Source of the DNA: Mobula hypostoma
Lineage: Eukaryota
DNA length: 64,000 nucleotides
NCBI RefSeq assembly: GCF_963921235.1
Contig: NC_086108.1
Location: 50,594,001 to 50,658,000 of the forward strand
Reading direction: 5' to 3'
Position 1 is the stretch's first letter; each line of letters begins with the position of its first letter. The notes under the pieces are model-generated. The model was not told where the DNA came from, did no database searches, and worked only from the letters and a program-made list of their open reading frames with translations. Below, one piece after another: positions 47,380 through 58,700 of this stretch. The position numbers and the translations under genes were made by a program.

Positions 47380-49994
47380 ACCATAAGACCATAAGACAAA
47401 GGAGCATTCGGCCCATCGAGTCTGCTCCGCCATTTTATCATGAGCTGATCCATTTTATCCTATTTAGTCCCACTGCCTCGCCTTCTCACCATAACCTTTG
47501 ATGCCCTGGCTACTCAGATACCTATCAATCTCTGCCTTAAAGACACCCAATGACTTGGCCTCCACTGCTGCCCGTGGCAACAAATTCCATAGATTCACCA
47601 CCCTCTGACTAAAAAAATTTCTTCGCATTTCTGTTCTGAATGGGCGCCCTTCAATCCTGAAGTCATGCCCTCTCGTACTAGACTCCCCCATCATGGGAAA
47701 CAACTTTGCCACATCCACTCTGTCCATGCCTTTTAACATTCGAAATGTTTCTATGAGGTCTCCCCTCATTCTTCTAAACTCCAAGGAATACAGTCCAAGA
47801 GCGGACAAACGTTCCTCATATGTTAACCCTCTCATTCCCGGAATCATTCTAGTGAATCTTCTCTGTACCCTCTCCAACGTCAGCACATCCTTTCTTAAAT
47901 AAGGAGACCAAAACTGCCCACAGTACTCCAAGTGAGGTCTCACCAGTGCCTTATAGAGCCTCAACATCACATCCCTCCTCCTATACTCTATTCCTCTAGA
48001 AATGAATGCCAACATTGCATTCGCCTTCTTCACTACCGACTCAACCTGGAGGTTAACTTTAAGGGAATCCTGTACGAGGACTCCCAAGTCCTGTTGCATC
48101 TCAGAACTTTGAATTCTTTCCCCATTTAAATAATAGTCTGCCCGTTTATTTTTTCTGCCAAAGTGCATAACCATACACTTTCCAACATTGTACTTCATTT
48201 GCCACTTCTCTGCCCATTCTTCCAATCTATCCAAGTCTCTCTGCAGACTCTCCGTTTCCTCAGCACTACCGACCCCTCCACCTATCTTTGTATCGTCAGC
48301 AAACTTAGCCACAAAGCCCTCTATTCCATAATCCAAATCATTGATGTACAATGTAAAAAGAAGCGGCCCCAACACTGATCCCTGTGGAACACCACTGGTA
48401 ACCAGCAGCCAACCAGAATAGGATCTCTTTATTCCCACTCTCTGTTTCCTGCCAATCAGCCAACGCTCTATCCACGTATGTAACTTTCCTGTAATTCCAT
48501 GGGCTCTTATCTTGTTAAGCAGCCTCATGTGTGGCACCTTGTCAAAGGCCTTCTGAAAATCCAAATATACAACATCCACTGCATCTCCCTTGTCTAGCCT
48601 ACTGGTAATTTCCTCAAAAAATTGTAATAGGTTTGTCAGGCAGGATTTTCCTTTAAGGAATCCATGCTGAATTCTGCCTATCTTGTCATATGCCTCCAGG
48701 TACTCTGTAACCTCATCCTTGACAATCGACTCCAACAACTTCCCAACCACCGACGTCAAGCTAACAGGTCTATAATTTCCTTTTTGCTTCCCCTTCTTAA
48801 ATAGCGGAGTGACATTTGCAATCTTCCAGTCCTCCGGAACCATGCCAGAATCTATCGACTTTTGAAAGATCATCGTTAATGCCTCCGCAATCTCCACAGC
48901 TACTTCCTTCAGAACACGAGGGTGCATTCCATCTGGTCCAGGAGATTTATCGACCTTTAGCCTATTCAGCTTCCTGAGTACTTTCTCTGTCGTAATTGTA
49001 ACTGCACACACTTCTCTTCCCTGCCACCCTTGAGTGTCTGGTATCCTGCTGTCTTCCTCAGTGAAGACTGATGCAAAATACTTGTTCAGTTCCTCTGCCA
49101 TCTCCTCATCTCCCATTACAATTTCTCCAGTATCATTTTCTATCGGTCCTATATCTACTCTCACCTGTCTTTTACTCTTTATATACTTGAAAAAGCTTTT
49201 AGTATCCTCTTCGATATTATTTGCTAGTTTCCTTTCATAGTTAATCTTTTCTCTCTTAATGACCTTCTTGGTTTCCTTTTGTAAGGTTTTAGAAACTTCC
49301 CAATCCTCTGTCTTCCCACTAATTTTTGCTTCCTTGTATGCCCTCTCCTTCGCTTTAACTTTGGCTTTGACTTCTCTTGTCAACCACGGTTGCATCCTTT
49401 TTCCACTCGAAAATTTCTTCTTTTTTGGAATATACCTGTCTTGCACATTCCTCATTTCTCGCATAAACTCCAGCCACTGCTGCTCTGCCGTCTTTCCCGC
49501 CAGTGTCTCTTTCCAGTCAACTTTGGCCAGTTCCTCTCTCATGCCACTGTAGTTTCCTTTACTCCACTGAAACACTGACACATCAGATTTCGGCTTCTCT
49601 TTTTCTAATTTCACAGTGAACTCAATCATGTTATGATCACTGCCTCCTAAGGGTTCCTTCACCTCAATCTCTCCAATCACCTCCGGTTCATTACACAATA
49701 CCCGATCCAGTACAGCCGATCCCCTAGTGGGCTCAACAACAAGCTGTTCTAAAAAGCCATCTTGCAGACATTCTACAAATTCTCTCTCTTGAGATCCAGT
49801 GCCGACCTGATTTTTCCAATCTACTTGCATGTTAAAATCCCCCACAATTATCATAACACTGCCCTTTTGACAAGCCTTTTCTATTTCCAGTTGTAATTTG
49901 TAGTCTACATCCCTGCAGCTGTTTGGAGGCCTATAAACAACTGCCATCAGGGTCCTTTTACCCCTGCTATTCCTTAGCTCAACCCATAAAGATT
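47380..49994 (-). mobile_element. Young CR1 LINE of a second subfamily, with an uninterrupted 827-aa partial ORF2 (47464-49947)
   Basis: YRPP, GDFN and SDH endonuclease motifs; QGSVLGP and FADD RT motifs; (TCTTATGG)n tail; 5'-truncated within the endonuclease. Confidence 0.96.
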
Positions 49995-50054
49995 GATAAC
50001 AATCAGGCTATATTCACTGGAATTTGAAGATCAGCATTCAATATCAAACAATTC

Positions 50055-51660
50055 AGCATTCAACACCATGACCCCTCCATGCTCGACTAGAAGCTCACAG
50101 ACCTTGGCCTGCACCTCACCTTGTACAGCTGGATCCTGGACTTTCTGATGGATCGCGGGCAGGTGGTAAGGATGGGCACCCTCACCTCTGCCCCGCTGAC
50201 CCTCAACACAGGAGCCCCCCAGGGCTGTGTCCTGAGCCTCCTCCTCTACTTACTCCCTACACACCCATGACTGTGTTGCCAATCACAGCTGCAATCTGCT
50301 GATCAAATTTGCAGATGACCCGACATTGATAGGCCTTATTTCCAACAATGATAACCATATAACAATTACAGCACGGAAACAGGCCATCTCAGCCCTTCTA
50401 GTCCATGCCGAACTCTTACTCTCACCTAGTCTCACTGACCTGCACTCAGCCCATAACCCTCCATTCCTTTCCTGTCCATATAGCTGTCCAATTTAACTTT
50501 AAATGACAACATCGAACCTGCCTCAACCACTTCTGCTGGAAGCTCGTTCCACACAGCTACCACTCTCTGAGTAAAGAAGTTCCCCCTCATGTTACTCCTA
50601 AACTTTTGCCCTTTAACTCTCAACTCATGTCCTCTTGTTTGAATCTCCCCCACTCTCAATAGAAAAAGCCTATCCACATCAACTCTATCTATCCCCCTCA
50701 TAATTTTAAATACCTCTATCATCCCCGCACAACCTTCTACGCTCCAAAGAATAAAGACCTAACTTGTTCAACCTTTCTCTGTAACTTAGGTGATGAAACC
50801 CAGGTAACATTCTAGATAATCTTCTCTGTACTCACTCTATTTTGTTGATAAGGCAGCCTACAGAGCAGAAGTCAATGCCCTGACACAGTGGTGCCAGGAA
50901 AACAACCTCTCCCTCAATGTTGAAAAAACAAAGAAGTTGATTGTGGATTACGGGAGGAACGGAGACAGGCTAACCCCTATAGACATCAATGGAAGTGTAG
51001 TTGAGAGGGTGAGTAGTTTCAGGTTCCTCAGTATTCACAACACTGAAGATCTCACCTGGGCTGTACATGCTTGCTGTGTGGTGAAAAAAGCACAACAGTG
51101 CTTCTTTCACCTCAGATGGCTGATGAAGTTCATTATAAGTCCCCAGATCAACAGGACTTTCTACAGGGGCACCATCGCGAGCATCCTAACTGGCTTTGTC
51201 ACCGCCTGGTACGGGAACTGTATTACCTTCAATCACAAGGCACCACAGAGAGTGGTGCGGACAGCCCAGCACATCTGTGGATGTGAACTTTCCTCTATTC
51301 AGGACATTTACAGCAGCAGGTGTGTAAAAAGGGCCCAGAGGGTCATCAGGGACTGCAGCCAGCCCAACCACAATCTGTTTCTATCTGGCAAATGGTACCT
51401 CAGTATTAAGGCCAGGACTAACAGACTCCGGGACAGCTTCTTTCAGGCCATCAGATTTATCAATACATATTGATCTGATTGCATATTTGACTGGACATAA
51501 TTGTTTTGTATACATGTATGTATACAATCTTAGAGTTTGGACACTATTCTTCCACATTTCCCTTCCTTATTGCTTGTATATAGCGATGGAGACACAACAT
51601 AAAGATATTTACTCCCTCATGTTATGATGTGGATGTAAGAAATAAAGTTCTAATTCAAAA
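50055..51660 (+). mobile_element. Rex1/Babar LINE 3' half, interrupted by a CR1 fragment
   Basis: SAFNT, WILDFL, TLNTGAPQGCVLS, KFADD, C-terminal ARTNRLRDSFF; AATAAA near 51641. Confidence 0.85.
50355..50845 (-). mobile_element. CR1 3' fragment nested in the Rex1 element
   Basis: ORF 50432-50722 (CR1 C-terminus), CCATATAA tail, TSD TGATAA at 50349-50354 and 50846-50851. Confidence 0.85.
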
Positions 51661-51790
51661 CACATTGAAATACTGTACATAAAATTCCTAAGTTGGTCTG
51701 GGTGGGTGGAAACATGTGAAAAGATTTGGAAGCAGTCAATAAGTTCAAGAAAATTGACTTTAGAAGTGGCATTTGGAAGTATGGACTATT

Positions 51791-52272
51791 TTAGAAACAT
51801 AGAAAACCTACAGCACAATACAGGCCCTTCGGCCCACAAAGCTGTGTCGAACATGAACTACCTAGGCTTTACCCATAACCCTCTATTTTTCTAAGCTCCA
51901 TGTAGCCATCCAGGAGTCTCTTAAAAGACCCTATCGTTTCCGCCTCCGCCACCGCCACCAGCAGCCCATTCCACTCACTCACCACTCCCTGCGTAAAAAA
52001 ACTTACCCCTGACATCTCCTCTGTGCCTACTTCCAAGCTCCTTAAAACTGTGCCCTCTCGTGCTAGCCATTTCAGCTCTGGGGAAAAGCCTCTGACTATC
52101 CACACGATCAATGCCTCTCATTATCTTGTATACCTCTATCAGGTCACCTCTCATCCTCCGTCGCTCCAAGGAGAAAAGGCCGAGTTCACTCAACCTATCC
52201 TCATAAGGCATGCTCCCCAATCCAGGCAACATCCTTGTAAATCTCCTCTGCACCCTTTCTATGGTTTCCACA
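51791..52272 (-). mobile_element. CR1 3' fragment
   Basis: RVQRRFTRMLPG...RRRMRGDLIEVYK; AGAAACATAG tail. Confidence 0.9.
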
Positions 52273-52536
52273 CAGAACATTTTGCCACGGAGGCAAGGAT
52301 TATGACTTGAATTGAAAGGGAGTATAATATGTTGGTTTGTCAACTAAGACATTTTTATAACGTGCTTAATGTAACAAAATGTATTAAGTTAATTTAAATA
52401 GTGTAACTAAACAAGCTCTAACATCAGGCTATATAAGGAAATATTACAAGGGATAACCAAAAAAGCCTGTTGGGTTATTTTTTCTGGAGCATGTCTCAGG
52501 CAAAAAGTAGGTCAGAGTGATTTCAAGTTGTAATTA

Positions 52537-53198
52537 GACCGTAAGACCATAAAACAGAGGAGCAGAATTAGGCTGTTCAGCCCATCGAATCTGCTTCACC
52601 ATTCCATCATGGCTGATTAATTATCCCTCACAACCCCATTCTCCTGCCTTCTTCCCCTAACCTTTGACTCCCTGATTAATCAAAAACCTATCAACCTCCT
52701 CTTTAAATATACCCAGTGACTTTAAATGATAATATCGAACCTGCCTCTACCACTTCTACTGGAAGTTCATTCAACACTTACTTCAAGCTCTCCTGTCCTC
52801 CCCTGATAATTGACTTATCACTACATTCATGCGAGGAAAATATGCGCTGTGTGTTTAATATTAAATTGGTTAGATAAACCCTTTTAGAAACGAAATTGAG
52901 TGTATTAGCCACTTATCACCTATATTCTGGTCGGGATTAACACCACCCCCCCGAACAGAATCGCCAAAAACAATTTGTAGAAAAAAAGTTGTCACGTACA
53001 CGCACGTGCACACAGGTGCCTGCGCAAGGCTTCATGGTCATGGTAGTCTTTCTCGGGGTAAATGCAACGTATTTGACTGCAACTCTTATCCGTTGGCAAC
53101 CCAACTCCCTCCCCCCCCCCGCCCCCCAGTTGGCCGGTCCACAAGGATATTGTCAATATTAAACCAGTCCGCAGTGCAAAAATGGTTGGGGACCCCTG
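52537..53198. mobile_element. Composite of CR1 3' pieces and the right half of a hAT (Charlie-like) element
   Basis: CR1 tail GACCGTAAGACCATAA at the left. The right end GGTTGGGGACCCCTG is a CAGGGGTCCCCAACC-type hAT TIR. No left TIR was found. Confidence 0.6.
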
Positions 53199-53384
53199 CT
53201 ATGGAGGACAGGCGGAACAGTTTTTCTCTGCACCTTGGTACATGTGATAATAATAAACCAATTTACTTTGATTATGTTGGCTGGTTTCCTGAGGCAGTAG
53301 ATAATAGAGCTGGAGAAAATGGAGAGGTGGCTGCTTTGCATGATGGACAACTTCTTGCGGTTTGGGGCAGAGCAGATGCCATAC

Positions 53385-55065
53385 CAAAATTCTAAGTAAA
53401 TTCATTATCAAAGTCTATATGTGTCACCGTAGGCAACCCTGAGATTCATTTTCTTGTGGGCATACTCTATAAATCCAATAGCCATAATAGGATCAATGAA
53501 AGATCGCACCAACAGGACAGACAACCAGTGTGCAAAAGAGAACAAACTGTACAAATATAAACAGAAAGGAAAAATTTAAAAAAGAGAATAATAAATAAAT
53601 AAAAAGAACATGAGATGAAAAGTCCTTGAAAGTGAGTCCATAGGTTGTGGAACAGTTCAGGGATGGGGCAAGTGAAGTTGAGTGAAATTATCTCCTCTAG
53701 TTCAAGAGTGTGATGGTTGAGGGGTAATAACTGCTCATGAACTTGGTGGTGTGAGTCCTGAGGCTCCCGTACATCTTCTTGATGGCAGCAGTGAGAACAG
53801 AAGATGATTTGGGTGGTGAGGTCCCTTATGATGAATGCTGCTTTGCTGTGACAGCACTCAGTACAGACGTGCCCAATGGTGGGGACGGCTTTACCCGTGA
53901 TGGTCTGGGCCATATCCACTACTTTTTGTAGGATTTTCCATTCAAGGGCATTGGTGTTTCCATACAAGGCTGTGATGCAGCCAGTCAATATACTCTCCAA
54001 CACTCATCTATAGAGGTTTGTCAAAGTTTTGGATGTAAAGCCAAATCTTTACAAATTTCCAAGGAAGTAGAGATGCTGCTGTGCTTTCTTCATAATTGTA
54101 CTTACGTGATGGGTCCAGAATAGGTCCTCTGAAATGATAACACCAAGAAATTTAAAGTTGCTGACCCTCTCCACCTCTGATCCTCTGATGAGGAGTTGCT
54201 CATGGACCTCCGATTTCCTCCTCCTGCAGTCAATAATCAGCTCCTTGGTCTTGCTGACATTGAGTGAGAGGTTGTTGTTGTGGTTCCACGCAACTGGATT
54301 TTCAGTCTCCCTCCTGTATACCGATTCTTCACCATCTTTTATTCAGCCTATGATAGTAGTGTCATCAGCAAACTTGTTTATGGCATTGGGGCTGTGCTTA
54401 GCCACACAGTTATAAGTGTAAAGCAAGTAGAGCAGGAGGGTAAGCACAGAGCCCTGTGGTGCACCTGTGCTGATGGCATTTGAAGAGGAGATGTTGTTGC
54501 CAAGCTGAACTGACTGGGCTCTTCAAGTGAGGAAATTGAGGATCCAATTGCACAAGGAGGTATTGGGGCCAGTGCCTTAAAGTGTATTGATTAGTTTTGA
54601 GGAGATGATAGTTTTGAATGTCGAGCTGTAATTGATAAAGAGCATTCTATTGTATAAGCACCTTTCATTGGTTGAGTGAAGAGCCAATGAAATGGAATCT
54701 GCTGTGGACATGTTGTGCTGGTAGGCAAATTGGACTGGATCCAAGTCACTTCTGAGGCAGGAGTTGATATGCTTCATCAAGAACCTCTCAAAACACTTCA
54801 TCATTGTGATGGAAGTACTACTGGATCATAGACATTGAGACAGATTACCATGTTCTTCTGGTATAATTGAAGCCCGCTTGAAGCAGGTGGGTACCCCAGA
54901 CTGGCGAAGCGAGAGGTTAAAGATCTCAGTGAACACTCCAGCCAATTGATCAGCACTGGTCTTCAGTACTTGGCCAGGTACCCCGTCTGGGCCAGATGCT
55001 TTCAGTGAGTTCACCCTCCTGAAGGATGTTTTCGTGTCAGTCTCAGAAACGGAAATCACAGCTGT
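53385..55065 (-). mobile_element. Rex1/Babar LINE, degenerate
   Basis: [34 protein letters not shown]...LDPVQFAY, ESILTGCITALYG. Confidence 0.88.
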
Positions 55066-55285
55066 ACTGTATCAGGATAGGATGTTTTTCATAGAATGTC
55101 TGTAAAAATTGATTAGGGACATGAGAAACATGTCAAATTTCCTTAGCCTTCCAAGGAAATAGAGGTTTTGCTGTTCCCTTTTGGACAATTGCTGATAATA
55201 TTTATGCATAAGAACTTGAAACTTTCAACTAACACACATAAAAGTTGCTGGTGAATTCATATCTCTTACTAGCTCTTCTTTCAGT

Positions 55286-55323
55286 TAGTCCTGACGAAGG
55301 GTCTCGGCCCGAAACATCGACTG
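55286..55323 (+). ncRNA. Minimal hammerhead ribozyme motif (Penelope-associated)
   Basis: TAGTC CTGACGA AGGGTCTCGGCCC GAAA CATC GACTG. Stem III reads ACAT instead of ACGT (CpG decay). Confidence 0.62.
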
Positions 55324-56001
55324 TACCTCTTCCTAGAGATGCTGCCTGGCCTGCTGCATTCACCAGCAACTTTTATGTGTGTTGCTTGAAATTCCAGCAT
55401 CTGCAGATTTCCCCGTGTTTGAGCTTTCAACTAACTCCACTTTATACAGACCAGAAATATGTACCTCATCCTACTCGCTGAAGTCAATGACCAGCTCCTT
55501 CACTTTGATGACATTGAGGGAAAGATTATTATGTTGACACTATGCTACAAGGCTCTTGCACCCTTCCTATACTCTGTCTCCTCAATGATTGACATCTGGC
55601 CCACTCGACGGTTTCAACTTGTAAATGAAGTTAGGGCAGAATGTGACTACACAGTCATGAGTGTATAGGGACTACAGTAATGGGCTGAGGTCACAGCTTT
55701 GACAAACAGAAAGTAGATGGTTGGTTTTCAAGTCAAAATATCCGGACTGGAGGTACACCTGGAACTAATGTCATAAAATGGAGTAAAATCATTCTGTAGC
55801 AATGTTGTAGGTGAGTGGTAGAATCTGGGGAATGGTGTTGGGAGTGTAGAAATATTATACAGGGTGCTTGACGGTTGGTGCAGACTTGTTAGATGGAAAG
55901 GCTTGTTTCCATGCTGTATGGTTTTATGACAGACTCGGATTCTTACAGGGGGAGTCACTGATATCTGCCACTTACCTCTATGGGGAATCTTGCCCGGAAC
56001 A

Positions 56002-56325
56002 ATTTTTTTTCTAATTTTAAAAATAAACTTCATTCCGAATAAACAAAATATGTACAAAGGAAGAAACAGCACAAAAAACTTTTACGTTCACGATCGTTAC
56101 AATCATTAGTGTAAACTTTTATTAGAAGAAAGAACTAGTAAATATAACCCTGAGGTTATGCTTGTTTCATTGTTCGAGGGGCTTCCCCACACAGCTCCAC
56201 CCCTCCATGTGAGGTAATGTAAAGACTCCAGACTGTGGTCCTTCACCTCAGAGCCTTGGCATTAGCTGTGCCAAGCATCAATGCATGTCAGCTTGTACTC
56301 TGGCAGCCTGGACTATGCCAGTGAG
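56002..56325 (-). mobile_element. L1/Tx1-like LINE 3' end (tentative)
   Basis: Minus strand reads LA*SRLPEY.../ALMLGTANAKALR*RTTV, resembling an L1/Tx1 ORF2 C-terminus as I recall it; followed by an A-rich tail (T run at about 56003-56010). Confidence 0.5.
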
Positions 56326-56994
56326 TGGCATTCCCTCTAGACATCCCCCACATTGTAATCCTGATAAAGGGTCTCGGCCCAAAGCAATGACTATATATTC
56401 CCTTCCATTGTTGCTGCCTGACTTGCTGAGTTTCTCCAGCACTGTGTGTACTGTCCATACTATAATTACGTTGTTATTACACGTTAGTTGCCATACCCCT
56501 GGTTTCTACAATAAGGGAAAAGTGACAATTCTGCTCTGTCTGACATCCACACACAATGGTGTGCTGCAGACAGTATGTTGTTCAGCAGATGGTATAGCAG
56601 TGATTCTAATGATTGCACTTTTTTCAGAAACTCAAATCAAGTTTGGGAAAATAGTCACAGCTCTTCTTGGTCTATATTACAATCTTAGCATAAAGCACAA
56701 AAGTTTTCAGTGGTAAATGAGTTTCACCGAGGCACAAGAAAGCCTGTAGATGCTGCAAATCCAAAGCAATACACATGCAAAATGCTATGATTCAAGAAGA
56801 CAGCTCACCATCCTTTCCCTTAAGGCAGTTAGAAGTGGCAACACCCAGGTTTTACAAATTAATGATAAAAAAATAGCATCTGGTGCAGAGTGTCGTAATG
56901 GATAAATAATGTGTCACAATATGGGTGCAGAAGGAACGGAATGCTAGTTGTGCAGCCCTGACCCAAATCAAGAATGTAAAGGCTAGTGCATATA

Positions 56995-57689
56995 TGCAAG
57001 GGGGCTTCGACTTTTATGTTACTGCGGAGGCTAATTAAAATGGCGTCTTTGTTATGTTAATCTGGGGAATGCGGCTTTGTTGTGTTAAACGCTGAGAAAG
57101 TTTGCGCTAACAGTTTGTTTTTGTTTTAGTGTGTGATAAGAGAGTGCTATTAACCAATTGGGATAGTTGTTATGGTTTTGGTGTATTTGAAGATACTGTA
57201 TGCGCGGGGTTTTGGGGCAGAAGGCGGGAGAGCGAGACAGAGGATGGATGAGATGCTGTGATGTCTGCTAACGGGGTCGGACCCCGAGCGGGACGTTCGG
57301 CGAGGAGACGGAGACGGACTCATGTGGAGCGTCTGGTCGACCACCGTTGTTGGTCCCAGGCGGCCGGTCGAGGTGGTCCGAGGGGGTTGCAGGGTGAAGA
57401 AGAAGGTCCTTGAGCTCCAATGGTTTTTGTGCACGAAGAGATTGAACTTTGATAAGTGTGGCGCCTTTTATTTTCCTGTTATATTTTATTCTCTTTTAAT
57501 TATATAGTTCCAGTAATATCTATAAGCTGTATATCATTTAATTGCATCTGGTGTATTGTCGTTATTTGGGCGGGGTGGGGTACCTCACACAGCATCCACA
57601 CAAACGAATTACCCAGTTTGCCGGGGCTGAGGCTGTTTCCCTAGACGACAGCGAGCCGAGCGACACTGAGGGTGGCCGGGGGGGCTACA
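56995..57689. mobile_element. Solo LTR (Gypsy-like)
   Basis: TG...GGGGCTACA termini, 4-bp TSD TATA (56991-56994 and 57690-57693), CpG-rich interior with AAAATGGCG and CCAAT motifs. Confidence 0.75.
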
Positions 57690-57847
57690 TATATATAACA
57701 TATTATTTAATTTTTTGAAAGATCAGACAAAGTATATTTTACATTTGAATATACTACCTTATTAGCTGAGGCAGGGTACAGAAAATGTTTACCAGGATGC
57801 TGGCTGGACTGGAGGGCATGCGGCTGTAAGAGGTTAGACAAACTCTG

Positions 57848-58700
57848 ATGTGGCCTTCTATATATTGGCGACACCCGACATGTGGCCTTCTATATATTGG
57901 TGAGACCTGACGCAGACTGGGAGACCGCTTTGCTGAACATCTATGCTCTGTCCGCCAGAGAAAGCAGGATCTCCCAGTGGCCACACATTTTAATTCCACA
58001 TCCCATTCCCATTCTGACATGTCTATCCATGGCCTCCTCTACTGTAAAGATGAAGCCACACTCAGGTTGGAGGAACAGCACCTTATATTCCGTCTGGGTA
58101 GCCTCCAACCTGATGGCATGAACATCGACTTCTCTAACTTCCGCTGAAGCCCCACCTCCCCCTCGTACCCCATCTGTTATTTATTTTTATACACACATTC
58201 TTTCTCTCACTCTCCTTTTTCTCCCTCTGACCCTCTGACTATACCCCTTGCCCATCCTCTGGGTTCCCCCGCCCCCCCGTCTTTCTCCCCAGACCTCCTG
58301 TCCCATGATCCTCTCATATCCCCTTTGCCTATCACCTGTCCAGCTCTTGGCTCTATCCCTCCCCCTCCTGTCTTCTCCTATCATTTTGGATCTCCCCCTC
58401 CCCCTCCCACTTTCAAATCTCTTACTCACTCTTCCTTCAGTTAGTCCTGACGAAGGGTCTCGGCCTGAAACATCGACTGTACCTCTTCCTAGAGATGCTG
58501 CCTGGCCTGCTGCGTTCACCAGCAACTTTGATGTGTGTTGCTTGAATTTCCAGCATCTGCAGAATTCCTGTTGTTTGCATTTTTTAAAACTCTGATGAAG
58601 ACCTGACGAAGAGTCTCGGCCCAAAATGTTGACTGTTTACTCTTTTCCATGGATGATGCCTGGCCTGCTGAGTTCCTCCAGCATTTTGTGTGTGTTGCTT
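57848..58700 (+). mobile_element. Penelope-like 3' fragment plus a second terminal repeat, inserted in an old CR1 piece (about 57770-58830)
   Basis: CGLLYIGET*RRLGDRFAEH (YIG motif of GIY-YIG) and LEEQHLIFRLGSLQPDGMN. 21-nt duplication at the 5' junction (57848-57868 and 57880-57900). Confidence 0.88.
58442..58479 (+). ncRNA. Minimal hammerhead ribozyme motif (Penelope-associated)
   Basis: TAGTC CTGACGA AGGGTCTCGGCCT GAAA CATC GACTG, downstream of the GIY-YIG ORF end. Confidence 0.62.

Noticed and set aside
58592..58635. Second functional hammerhead forming a tandem dimer with 58442-58479
   Set aside because: The GAAA core is mutated to AAAA and stem I is disrupted, so it is probably inactive.
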